Source of the DNA: Thraustochytrium aureum
Lineage: Eukaryota
Direction of reading: 5' to 3'
DNA: 32,365 bases
Assembly: GCA_012862495.1 (NCBI GenBank)
Contig: BLSG01000103.1
Coordinates: 1 to 32,365 of the forward strand
Part shown: one piece after another, positions 19,818 through 29,771 of the stretch
How the letters are laid out: each line of letters opens with the position of its first letter
Numbering within the stretch: the first letter of the stretch is position 1
The notes under the pieces: model-generated
Seen by the model: the letters and a program-made list of their open reading frames with translations, nothing else
What the model was told of the DNA's origin: nothing
Databases searched by the model: none
Translations under genes and position numbers: made by a program

Positions 19818-21319
19818 CTACGCCTTGGAGATTTCGGCCTCGACGTCGCTCTCCGAGGCCGTCGCGCTCTGTGCCGTTGGCAAGGGCTTTTGCTGCACCC
19901 GGGGGGACTCGTCCTCGCCGATGAAGGCAGCCTGGCCGCCGTGCTCTGAGGCATCAAGCCCGTTCTGCTCCATTTCCGCCGAAACACGGAGCATACCGCA
20001 CCCCTTGAAGGCGAAAAACCACGGCACAGTCATGAGCGTTACCCAGCCCAGGATGGCAAGAACACCCACAAGCTGCGTGGCGAACTGCAAGCCCGTCGTG
20101 TTGCCGAGGAAGTTGCACCCCGAATACGCCGTATTGAGGAACTCTGGAGTTGCAAAAATTCCGACAGCGAGGACGCCCCAAATCCCGCAGAAACCGTGCA
20201 CCGCGATGGCATCAACAGGATCATCGATTCGCACAATCCTCATGAGCTTGGAGGCGCTGAGGTAGACGCACGCGCCGATGATGCCAATGATGATGGCGGC
20301 CCAATCGGGAACTACCGAGCAGCCGGCCGTAATGGAGACGAGGCCGCCGAGGGCGCAGTTGAGCGCAATCCCGATGTCAAAGTGCCCGTACCGAAAAAGC
20401 TGAAGAGCATCCCCGTGATGACGGACATTGAGGGTGAGAGCGTAGTCGTCACCGCCACCTTGGACGCGTTGCCACCGTCGAAGGCAAGCGTGGAACCACA
20501 GTTGAAGCCGTACCAGCCAAACCAGAGGATAAACGTCCCCAACGTCTGGAGGCTGATCGAGTGGGGGGGGATCGAGACAGCGTTTCCATCGGCATCAAAG
20601 CGGCCGAGGCGCGGACCGAGGATCAATGCGCCCCAGAAGGCTGCCACACCGCCCGTCATGTGCACGACGCCCGAGCCTGCGTAATCGACCATGCCGCAAC
20701 CCTCTGGAGCGAAGATCGGCGTGCTCATTTGGCCATTAGGCAGTTCAATCTGAAAGGCTGACAGAGGGCCGCCAGAGGCCCAAATCCAGTGGCTCACGAC
20801 GGGGTACACGAACGAGGTGAGCCAGCAGACGGTAAAAAAGTAGGCCCACAAGTTGACGCGCCCAGCGACGGCCCCGCTCACGATGGTGGCGGCGGTGGCC
20901 GCGAAGGCGAACTGGAAAAACCACAGGTGGCGCGTTGCGTTGGTTTCTTGCGAGAGGGCGAAGTTGCCGCTCCCAATGAAGCGGTAGTTGCCCTCGCCGA
21001 GGTTGTCCTGGCCGTAGGCGAAAGCATAGCCGAGGAGGTAGTAGCAGATACCGCCGATGGCGAGGGTGCAGAGGTTCTTGAACATGATGTTGACGGCGTT
21101 CTTGTGCCGCACAGACCCTGTCTCAAGCATGGTGAATCCAGCGTGCATGAAGAAGACAAGAAATCCTGCGATCAGGATCCAGATTTGGTCCGCATTGTAG
21201 GCGAGCGCCGTTGCATCTGCGACGACCGCTTCGTAGTCCGATTGCAACTGGGTCACTTGGGCGACTACCGCCGTGAAGTTGTTCTCCAACTGGACCAGCC
21301 GCTCCTCGACCGTAGCCAT
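19818..21319 (-). CDS. AMT: AMT/Mep ammonium transporter (AMT1-like), about 500 aa after restoring one missing base near 20385-20398
   Basis: FMHAGFTMLETGSVRHKN, FFQFAFAATAATIVSG, YPVVSHWIW, DYAGSGVVH, LWFGWYGFN; after the frameshift NCALGGLVSITAGC, IDDPVDAIAVHG and LRVS...GLDASEHGG. Confidence 0.95.
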
Positions 21320-23009
21320 CTTGTCTTGTTGTGTCAATCCCTTGTCGACGCGAGTTCTCGCTGCGGATTCTGGCGGCTCGTGGGCGTTCGGGGTCTGTCG
21401 GGTCGCCGTCCTGTGCGGAGCGGCACAAGCCAATCCAATCTCCTGCGCTGTGAAGAAGCCCAGAAGCTGCGGAGATTTGGGAGCCAACGACAGGGAGTAA
21501 CTGGCACGCGTTGGGAGGGCATTTGCACAAGAGACAGCGCGAGCTGCAGAGAAAATCGAGCGCGCCTCGTGGCCCACTTCTGCACTGCACGAGGCTCACA
21601 GTGCTAGCGCGGAGAATCGGCTGCCAGGAATGCTTGTGGCTGGCATACTACTCGTTCTCCACGACCGCCTCCAACCGCGCCCTCCCACCGCCGCCGGCCT
21701 TCAACTCCACTTGGACGGGGGATGGGGGGAGGACAGTCGGTTGGATGATGCGCGACAGTCTGCGTTCCATTCCTCTCTAAGTAGGACAGGGCTGTGGCAG
21801 GGTCAAGCCTGTACGGCCTGTGTGGACGCGTACTGAGTACCAGCACGGGCGAAACTGCCCCGCCCCCCACCCTCCGTCAATCCATCAACGGATGACGACC
21901 GCGAACGAAAGGGAGTCACCCAGGTCATCGCCGTGCAAGCCGTTTCCCAGTAACTGAGTTCTCCAACAGAAACTGCAGTAAAAACCAAGGAGTTGTAAAA
22001 ACCAAAAACCAACGAGCAATAAAAACTGCGAGAGCCATTCTTGACCCCTGAAGATGTGAGCAAGGAGATGTGAGGATTCTGTCGCCGCCGATGACGAGCA
22101 GGACATTTCTTTCTTCCTTCTTTCTTCCTGTGCATCATTGCGCAACTCGCGTTCGTCACACGGCTTGGGAGGCTTCCGTAGCCTGTTCCGCGCCTGGACC
22201 TGGAGCGCCAGCGGCGCTCGGATCCTCCTTGCTCCGATCACCAGCTGGCATGCCAGTGGGTCACTCCACGCGCGTGTCGTCAGCAGCAAGTGGAGTCACT
22301 CGCTTACTCACTCCCCTGTGAGGGCCACGCGCCGCCGCCGATCTTCGTCGGCGCTGTAAATGCCGGGCCAACGTTTGTCATAGTGCTGGCACGCAGTGCG
22401 GCATACCTACTTAGTAACCAGGGACGTCCCAGTCTGCTGGCATCCCCGCCTGCCAGTGCAGGCAGAGGTCTGTTTGGTCGCCGCAGTGATGCATCAAAAC
22501 AAAAAACCTCAGCTCAGAACGAGGAGCGAGCTGTTCTGCTCGCGCTCTCTGCTCGGAAGAAGCCAGTCTTGCGCAGAGAGAGGTGCTGCATTCTCGTTCA
22601 GCCGAACTCGGCCGCCGGATCTCGCCGCCGCAGCCGTGCTGGTGCGCGGTCTTGGTGGGTCAGCCCACCCACCAACCGACGGACGATCAAACCTTGGAAC
22701 GCACGCAAGTTGGCAAAGGGAGAGAATGAAAGAACTTGGAGGGGTCACCCACGCTCACTGGAGACCCCCGTGGCCTTCAGGGGCTGGCACAAGCGCAACC
22801 ACCACGCTGTGCCTCCGAGTCACATCGACCAAATATTATTACACGTTAATAGCCGCAAAGTCGCCATACCCCGCCCCCGCCCCATGAATCCGTTGCTTTT
22901 GATCGATCAACAAGAGTTCAGCTGCACATGGGAGACTCCCATGAACTCTATCGTACCACATCGGACGCAGAGAGGCTCAAGGTGCAAGCGATGCCACCGG
23001 TAAAGGTTG

Positions 23010-23852
23010 TTACGAGGAGTGGTGGCGAGGGGACGCGAGGCCAGTCTCCCACGCCTCGAGCGCTGCCTTCATGCTTTTGTTCAGTCGCGCCACCCGCCGC
23101 TTCGCCTTGACGAGTTTGAAGGCTTCTTCTGTGTTCTGCGCCTCGCCCATCCGCACGAGGGCTGCGCAAACCGCGGTTGTCGATCTCCCCACGCCATAGG
23201 CGCAATGGCACAGCGTTGGGCCCCGCGCTGAGTGCCGCGTGAGGAATCCCGCTGCCTCGTGCAACTCGCTCACTGTGGGGGCTGCTCCATCCCAAATAGG
23301 GATGTTGAGGTAGTGGTTGGCCTTTGCCGACTCGGAGAACTCGCACGTGAGGTCCAGAACGCCCTCCCACCGTTTGCNNNNNNNNNNNNNNNNNNNNNNN
23401 NNNNNNNNNNNNNNNNNNNNNNNNNNNNNNNNNNNNNNNNNNNNNNNNNNNNNNNNNNNNNNNNNNNNGTCCAGAACGCCCTCCCACCGTTTGCGCTTCG
23501 GATCAGCAGCGCAGGGCTCGCTCTGCAGGCCGCCGAGCCAGAGATTTCCCGAGATCTGCGTGGCGTCCGGGATGCGCCCTCCCGTGGCCGCACGCCTCAA
23601 CTCGAGCGACAGGGCGTTGTTGCTGTGGAAAGGCCACAGAACCACGAGGGACCAGGCGGCCACCCTGCCCGTCTCTGGGGACTTGCCCACTACTGACTCC
23701 CCTGTCTTGAGCTTGAACAGCGCGGCCATCCCGAACAGCACCAAGGCCGCGTAGGCCGCGACGAGCCTCGGGAGGACGCCGAGCGCGCCTACAAACCGTG
23801 CCGCGAGGAGCCACAGGACGCCGCCAACCAAGTATCGCGCGTACACTGCCAT
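23010..23852 (-). CDS. Membrane-anchored dual-specificity (CX5R) phosphatase, YnbD-like; about 241 aa after collapsing the false gap
   Basis: Active-site HCAYGVGRS, acid loop IPIWDGAAP, VLDLTCEF and LWLGG motifs; N-terminal hydrophobic helices. Confidence 0.88.
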   Translation of the reverse strand: MAVYARYLVGGVLWLLAARFVGALGVLPRLVAAYAALVLFGMAALFKLKTGESVVGKSPETGRVAAWSLVVLWPFHSNNALSLELRRAATGGRIPDATQISGNLWLGGLQSEPCAADPKRKRWEGVLDXXXXXXXXXXXXXXXXXXXXXXXXXXXXXXXKRWEGVLDLTCEFSESAKANHYLNIPIWDGAAPTVSELHEAAGFLTRHSARGPTLCHCAYGVGRSTTAVCAALVRMGEAQNTEEAFKLVKAKRRVARLNKSMKAALEAWETGLASPRHHSS

Positions 23853-24269
23853 TCTGGCCACCAGCGCGGCGGGGCAGCAGCGCGGCGGAGGGCAGCGGCT
23901 CTCGCTCTTGCGCGAGCGAGAGGCGCCAGGGCGGCCTGGCTCTGGCGCTCGCTGTGTGGCTGTGTGCGTTTTTGCCTTGTTGGAGCTGGGGCTACCAAAA
24001 CAGCGGAGCCGGACTTGTTCACTTGATCCTTAGATTCCCGTCCTCCCTCGGTGATCCTCGAGAATGTCCTCGCGCAGAGCACTCTGACCAGGTTTTGCAG
24101 AGCAACAACGCGGCTCACGACCGAACAAGGAGAAGAAGGTAAACTGGCCGAAGTGGGCTCGTTTCTTGTCCTGCTCTGGCAAGTGTTCCTTCCGCGTCGT
24201 TCGCCACAAAATTGCCTCGTGTAGCTATGTACAAGCAAAAGTAAGTATTTGTCAACTACGTTGGGCGTT

Positions 24270-24788
24270 CTATGCCGCGTCCACCGCGCCTTTCGGTGCC
24301 AGCTCCCCCGAGTTACTCGGCACGACGTCGCCGCCCAGCGCTGCCTTCGACTTCCGACGGCGGTACAGAGCTGCACCACCGATGAGCACTGTAGCTCCTG
24401 CAAGTGATCCAACGACTGCTCCAGCGATGGCACCCCCGCTTGGCCCCTCGCCGGTTGCGGTTTCTTGGGCCGCAGTAGCCGCGCCAGGGTTGTCCCCGCC
24501 CTTTTGGTTGCCGTCGTCGTCGTCGTTGTCGTCGTCGTTGTCGTCGTCGTCGTCGCATTTCGGTTTCTTTCCCTTGCCATTGCAGCCCTTTGTGTCGTTC
24601 TTTTTGCCTCCGGGTGGCATCATCGCGACCGCTCCGAGTGCGCGAGCAGCGCCACCTTGATCGAGCTCATCAACAATTAGCTGGCCTTCGCCCACAACCA
24701 AGCGTTCAGCCTCGATTCCAAACGCCAACACGCCGCACCAAACCCCAAGCACAATCAAAGCGAGGACGGGCCTCGACCTGGTCGCCAT
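24270..24788 (-). CDS. Small type I single-pass membrane protein (172 aa) with a Lys/Gly/Cys segment and poly-Asp ectodomain
   Basis: Signal peptide MATRSRPVLALIVLGVWCGVLA; DDDDDNDDDNDDDD; TM helix GAIAGAVVGSLAGATVLIGGAALY followed by stop-transfer RRRKSK. Confidence 0.8.
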   Translation of the reverse strand: MATRSRPVLALIVLGVWCGVLAFGIEAERLVVGEGQLIVDELDQGGAARALGAVAMMPPGGKKNDTKGCNGKGKKPKCDDDDDNDDDNDDDDGNQKGGDNPGAATAAQETATGEGPSGGAIAGAVVGSLAGATVLIGGAALYRRRKSKAALGGDVVPSNSGELAPKGAVDAA

Positions 24789-25257
24789 CCTCCTTGCTGC
24801 GCGCGTTGTTGCCCTGACGAATCAGATCAGAGATTGATCTGTTCGGGGATTGCTCATTCACATGCCAAGGCCTTGAACCCAAGGTTCACCCTTGCATGCG
24901 ACGTGGCGCCTACTTACTCTACCATTGTGCTGATTGGCTTTGCGGAATGCCAACAAACGAACAAAGCAGGCCACAACTGATCAAGTTGTTGTGGCCTGCT
25001 GCACGCCAACCGGCCTCGTGCAGACAACTGGCAGGCAGTCATCGTTGGTCACGCCTTGGCCCGTTGAACGCCAACTGGCCTCGCACACTCCAAGAACAAA
25101 GAACCAATCGGCGGTACGCGTGCTCGGCGATTGCTCGTTGTTCTTTTGACTGCTCACAGTGCAACGACGCGGAGGCGCCAGCCAGTGTCTGGCAGCCTGC
25201 CCATGCCTGGCAGCCCGCCCGTGCTGCCCTGCAGCTGTGCTGCTCAGGCAGAGAGTT

Positions 25258-26175
25258 ATGGAAAGCACGAGCCGGGATTCCATTTGCGATGGCGGCGCTG
25301 GAGTCAAGCGCGTCGTGCTTGAAGAGGAGGAATATGTCGGGCGGCTCAGCGGAATCATCCAGNNNNNNNNNNNNNNNNNNNNNNNNNNNNNNNNNNNNNN
25401 NNNNNNNNNNNNNNNNNNNNNNNNNNNNNNNNNNNNNNNNNNNNNNNNNNNNNNNNNNNNNNNNNNNNNNNNNNNNNNNNNNNNNNNNNNNNNNNNNNNN
25501 NNNNNNNNNNNNNNNNNNNNNNNNNNNNNNNNNNNNNNNNNNNNNNNNNNNNNNNNNNNNNNNNNNNNNNNNNNNNNNNNNNNNNNNNNNNNNNNNNNNN
25601 NNNNNNNNNNNNNNNNNNNNNNNNNNNNNNNNNNNNNNNNNNNNNNNNNNNNNNNNNNNNNNNNNNNNNNNNNNNNNNNNNNNNNNNNNNNNNNNNNNNN
25701 NNNNNNNNNNNNNNNNNNNNNNNNNNNNNNNNNNNNNNNNNNNNNNNNNNNNNNNNNNNNNNNNNNNNNNNNNNNNNNNNNNNNNNNNNNNNNNNNNNNN
25801 NNNNNNNNNNNNNNNNNNNNNNNNNNNNNNNNNNNNNNNNNNNNNNNNNNNNNNNNNNNNNNNNNNNNNNNNNNNNNNNNNNNNNNNNNNNNNNNNNNNN
25901 NNNNTGCCGCGCGCCTCTTGTCAAGGACCCCGGGCCGCCGATGCTGCCAAAGATGGCAGCCCAGTCTGCTCATGTCGACTCGTCGGCAAGTGTTCCGCAG
26001 CACCAGGCGGTTGGCGTGTCCAGTTGGCGTTCGGTGCGCCGACGGCGCGACTGTCGTTCAGACGGCCAACTTGCCGGCGAGGTCGGAGAATGCGGCGTGC
26101 GAGGTACAGGCTAGCGAGGCGGCGCTGGCCGACGCGGCTGTTGTAGCCACGTCGCGACGACCAGCATCACTTTAA
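25258..26175 (+). CDS. ESS2: ESS2/DGCR14 splicing factor, N-terminus visible; remainder in the gap 25363-25904, 3' end uncertain
   Basis: VLEEEEYVGRLSGIIQ matches the conserved ESS2 N-terminal motif VLxEEEY...L..IIQ(RDFFP), cut off exactly by the gap. Confidence 0.7.
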   Translation: MESTSRDSICDGGAGVKRVVLEEEEYVGRLSGIIQXXXXXXXXXXXXXXXXXXXXXXXXXXXXXXXXXXXXXXXXXXXXXXXXXXXXXXXXXXXXXXXXXXXXXXXXXXXXXXXXXXXXXXXXXXXXXXXXXXXXXXXXXXXXXXXXXXXXXXXXXXXXXXXXXXXXXXXXXXXXXXXXXXXXXXXXXXXXXXXXXXXXXXXXXXXXXXXXXXXXXAARLLSRTPGRRCCQRWQPSLLMSTRRQVFRSTRRLACPVGVRCADGATVVQTANLPARSENAACEVQASEAALADAAVVATSRRPASL

Positions 26176-26858
26176 ACCTGCGCCTTGGTCTTCGCCTTCG
26201 ATTTCGCCGCGTCTGAAACACGGAGACTTGCCTCGTCGACGTTTTTCGAGCTCTGTATCAATCAAAAGGTCTGGCGATGGGCCAGGAAATAAAGCATGAA
26301 AGGCGACTTGCGTTGAGCGAACGACCCGCTCCATTGGCGACGTCGTTCGGGTTTCCACAAAGACACGTTCCAAGGCGGGATGGGATCCTGCGCTACTGGG
26401 TAGCGTTTCTAAAGAAAAGATCATTCCTCCGTTCGTTCGGCATTGGCCAACGGACACCCGTTGCAGACTCCAAGGGTTCACTCAACCTTCGACATCCATC
26501 CCGGCACCGCTGCGCTCTCTCGCTCTCACCTTCTCTATCTGTCTGCGCTGCTGCGCTCCTGGCTTGCGGTGGCGAAGCGGACGACGGCGACCCTGGCGGA
26601 GCCGCAGCGGTGCGGCAGAGCAGCGTAGAGTACTCTACATACCCTCTACCAAGCCCCTTCGCTGGAGCCAGAAGAGAGGTACTCGAGCACCTAACCACCG
26701 CCCATCACCAGGACCGGTTCGGCTGGAAACGGACCAGGCTCTGCGATAGGTGCCGCTCCTCGTCGCGCTCAGGACGGGCTACGCGCTGGGAGGCTGCGGC
26801 GGGACTGCCGACGGGGGGGGCTGTCAATGCTGTAGCGGCCTCGCAGTCGCTCGTCAGA

Positions 26859-29468
26859 ATGTCGCGCCTACTCGGCCGGCGCCGCAGCAAGGTCGCAGCG
26901 GACAGTCTCACAGCGCCAAGACCCCACATCGGCCCCGAGACGGTCGCTGAGGCTGAGTGCGAGCGCCTTGGCGCCGATGCCGCGCCCTTGATGAAACTCG
27001 ACTTGGGACAAGCACGGCACAAACTTGGCTTTCACGCAGCGGCGACGAAAGGATTCGCTGTCGGCACGGCTCCGCACACAGCCTTGCGACAACCGCAACC
27101 TAGCGCGCAAGCGTTGGCCTCGAGTGCGGCTCTCCCAAATAGAGGCCAAGGCGCTTCTGGCGACCGTTTGGCGCTCAGCCTACAGCACAGCACAAACGTC
27201 CACAACCAGGAGGACGATCGCAACGCTGGCCACCTCGACGATAGCGATGACGATGACGAGGACGAGGACCCGGACGATGACGAGGACGAGGACGGGCAAG
27301 AAGATGAGGAGGACACCGCCACCGATGCCGTCAAGTCGTGGCCAGACGAGGGGTTGAGCAGCGACGAAGACGACCAAGCTGACGAAGAAAGCGACGTGGA
27401 CGATGCCTTGGACGACCGGCCTCCCATCCATGTCAACCCAAAAGAAATGGAGGAGTTTACCGTGCTGCTTGGAGCTGCAAATCTGGGCACACCAGAAGGC
27501 CCAGATAAAGCTGAGGAAGGCGAGGCTTTGGCCCTGGTGAATCCATTCGGAATCGGGCCAACTGTGTGGTTCGAGTACCCAGCGTGGCTCCAAATGCGGC
27601 GTGACCGGAGCGGCCATCGCGTCGAGGTCGCGGAAAACGCAAAGCTATCGTGGACCTGTTACTGGGAGCGCAACTGCNNNNNNNNNNNNNNNNNNNNNNN
27701 NNNNNNNNNNNNNNNNNNNNNNNNNNNNNNNNNNNNNNNNNNNNNNNNNNNNNNNNNNNNNNNNNNNNNNNNNNNNNNNNNNNNNNNNNNNNNNNNNNNN
27801 NNNNNNNNNNNNNNNNNNNNNNNNNNNNNNNNNNNNNNNNNNNNNNNNNNNNNNNNNNNNNNNNNNNNNNNNNNNNNNNNNNNNNNNNNNNNNNNNNNNN
27901 NNNNNNNNNNNNNNNNNNNNNNNNNNNNNNNNNNNNNNNNNNNNNNNNNNNNNNNNNNNNNNNNNNNNNNNNNNNNNNNNNNNNNNNNNNNNNGGGCAGG
28001 GTTTGCAGGGGGCAAGAGCGTGGGCGGCGCGCGCTGGCGTCCACAGGTCGTCTGGTCAAAGCACCTCAAGTCGTGGAAATCGCTCGGGAGCGAGCAGCGC
28101 CACAACCACTTTGCAGGTTCTTGGTGCGTCGGGCGCAAGGACCGACTTGCGTTGACCATCGCGAAGAAACGTCGGCAAAACGCGCAGGCGTTTGCCTTCC
28201 TCCCAGATAGCTACATCTTGCCTTCGCAAGCGGGGCAGCTCCGCCATTACCTCAAAACGAGCAAGCGAAAGCAGAGCTGGATTCGCAAGCCGCTGGCGTC
28301 GTCCCAAGGGCGCGGGATTCGGGTCATCAGCCACAAGTCGGCCCTAGCGCTGGCTTCGGCCGACAGGGCACGCCGCAGCAGCGGCGGTGGCGACGCTGCG
28401 CGCACGGCTGCTGGGTCCAACTTGAGCCAACCAGCCGCGAAAGCGGCCGCGACTCGGAAAAAGGGCGCCCCAGCGAGGGGCTGCGTTGTACAACTGTACA
28501 TTGACCGCCCCCTATTGATCAACCGATTCAAGTTCGACCTGCGCGTCTATGTGGCAGTCACTTCGTTCAACCCCCTGCGAGCGTACATGTTTCCGGAGGG
28601 GCTGGCACGTTTCTGCACCCAAAAGTACTCGAACAAACACAAAAAGGACCAGTTCAGGCATCTGACAAACTACAGCATCAACAAGAAGAGCTCTGCGTTC
28701 CAGCACAACGTGGACGCCGCGCAGGATGCCGTGGGCTCAAAGTGGTCGCTTTCCGCATTTTACAGGTACATGACCGAGCGCTACGGCGAGAACGTCACCA
28801 AGGCAACACGCCGCGAGATGCAAAGCGTGGTGGTCAAAACGCTCATCGCAGCCGATGACGACATCAACGCCAAGATGGCCTCGCAGGTCCCGCATCACGA
28901 GTCTTGCTTTGAGCTGTTCGGATTCGACCTCATGCTTGATCGCGACTTGCGGGTGTGGCTCGTCGAGGTCAACATTTCTCCCTCGCTGATGACCGCGTCC
29001 CCGCTGGACAAAAAGGTAAAGACAATCATGGTCTGCGACGCCCTCAATCTAGTGGGAGTGCCGCTTCCCAAGCGCGGCGGGGGCAGCGCAGGCAAGGCTT
29101 CGAGCTGCGGGGCCAGCGTGGCATCGACCTCCACGGCGCGCTCCAAGGCCTCGGCGCGCTCGAACAGCAGCCGATTGCACAGTCGCGGCAAAGCAGGGGC
29201 AAAACAGTCCGGATCAGCCACTGGCAAGAATGTGCTGGCCTTGTCCAGCAAGACGTGGGCGTCTTTGCCGGCGGATGACCGCCGTATTGTTGAGCTTGTC
29301 GTGGCTGAAAACCGCCGCAGGGGCCACTTCGAGCGCATTTTCCCTCCCACGAGGAATTCGGCTCTTCACGAGGAGTACATGCGACTCTTCACAACGCGTC
29401 GCTATTCAAACGCGCTGGTTCAGCGCTTTGAGCGCAGCGCGGAATCCGCTCTGCTTGGCCAGAAATGA
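26859..29468 (+). CDS. TTLL4: Tubulin polyglutamylase, TTLL4-like, with acidic N-terminal region; gap at 27678-27993
   Basis: NHFAGSWCVGRKDRL, WIRKPLASSQGRGI, YIDRPLLI, KFDLRVYV, EGLARF, HLTNYSINK, CFELFGFDLMLD, EVNISPSL and RRGHFERIFP. Likely ATG at 26859 (MSRLLG). Confidence 0.9.
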   Translation: MSRLLGRRRSKVAADSLTAPRPHIGPETVAEAECERLGADAAPLMKLDLGQARHKLGFHAAATKGFAVGTAPHTALRQPQPSAQALASSAALPNRGQGASGDRLALSLQHSTNVHNQEDDRNAGHLDDSDDDDEDEDPDDDEDEDGQEDEEDTATDAVKSWPDEGLSSDEDDQADEESDVDDALDDRPPIHVNPKEMEEFTVLLGAANLGTPEGPDKAEEGEALALVNPFGIGPTVWFEYPAWLQMRRDRSGHRVEVAENAKLSWTCYWERNCXXXXXXXXXXXXXXXXXXXXXXXXXXXXXXXXXXXXXXXXXXXXXXXXXXXXXXXXXXXXXXXXXXXXXXXXXXXXXXXXXXXXXXXXXXXXXXXXXXXXXXXXXXAGFAGGKSVGGARWRPQVVWSKHLKSWKSLGSEQRHNHFAGSWCVGRKDRLALTIAKKRRQNAQAFAFLPDSYILPSQAGQLRHYLKTSKRKQSWIRKPLASSQGRGIRVISHKSALALASADRARRSSGGGDAARTAAGSNLSQPAAKAAATRKKGAPARGCVVQLYIDRPLLINRFKFDLRVYVAVTSFNPLRAYMFPEGLARFCTQKYSNKHKKDQFRHLTNYSINKKSSAFQHNVDAAQDAVGSKWSLSAFYRYMTERYGENVTKATRREMQSVVVKTLIAADDDINAKMASQVPHHESCFELFGFDLMLDRDLRVWLVEVNISPSLMTASPLDKKVKTIMVCDALNLVGVPLPKRGGGSAGKASSCGASVASTSTARSKASARSNSSRLHSRGKAGAKQSGSATGKNVLALSSKTWASLPADDRRIVELVVAENRRRGHFERIFPPTRNSALHEEYMRLFTTRRYSNALVQRFERSAESALLGQK

Positions 29469-29771
29469 GGCGGCGCGAGTCTGCCGCTAGGTGGCAGTGG
29501 TCGGCCTTGCGCCTTCCTGGACCTGGGGACGGAAAAAGGCTCGCACTCGACTGGACACTCCATCGGAGCAACGCGCCTGTTCAGTGGGACATTCAGACCA
29601 CGCGCTCGCCATTCTTATACTGTGTAGATTACTCATCCGTGTTCAGCCAACCGTGTTCGGCCTTCCAACAACTCTACCGCTTTCGTGTCCCGCCTGCAAG
29701 CAGGACAAGCGCAACAGCAACTCGAAACGAGTGGCCGCGTCGCTCAGGAGAGCCAGCTCCCTCCTCTCTCT

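Noticed and set aside
21320..23003. AMT upstream extension and ORFs in the AMT-phosphatase spacer (e.g. 22290..23003)
   Set aside because: Non-ATG starts, non-protein-like composition and no domains.
26277..26858. First 194 codons of the 1063-aa TTLL ORF
   Set aside because: The sequence looks like UTR/intergenic DNA (CT-rich tract); ATG 26859 is the more plausible start, although this is not proven.
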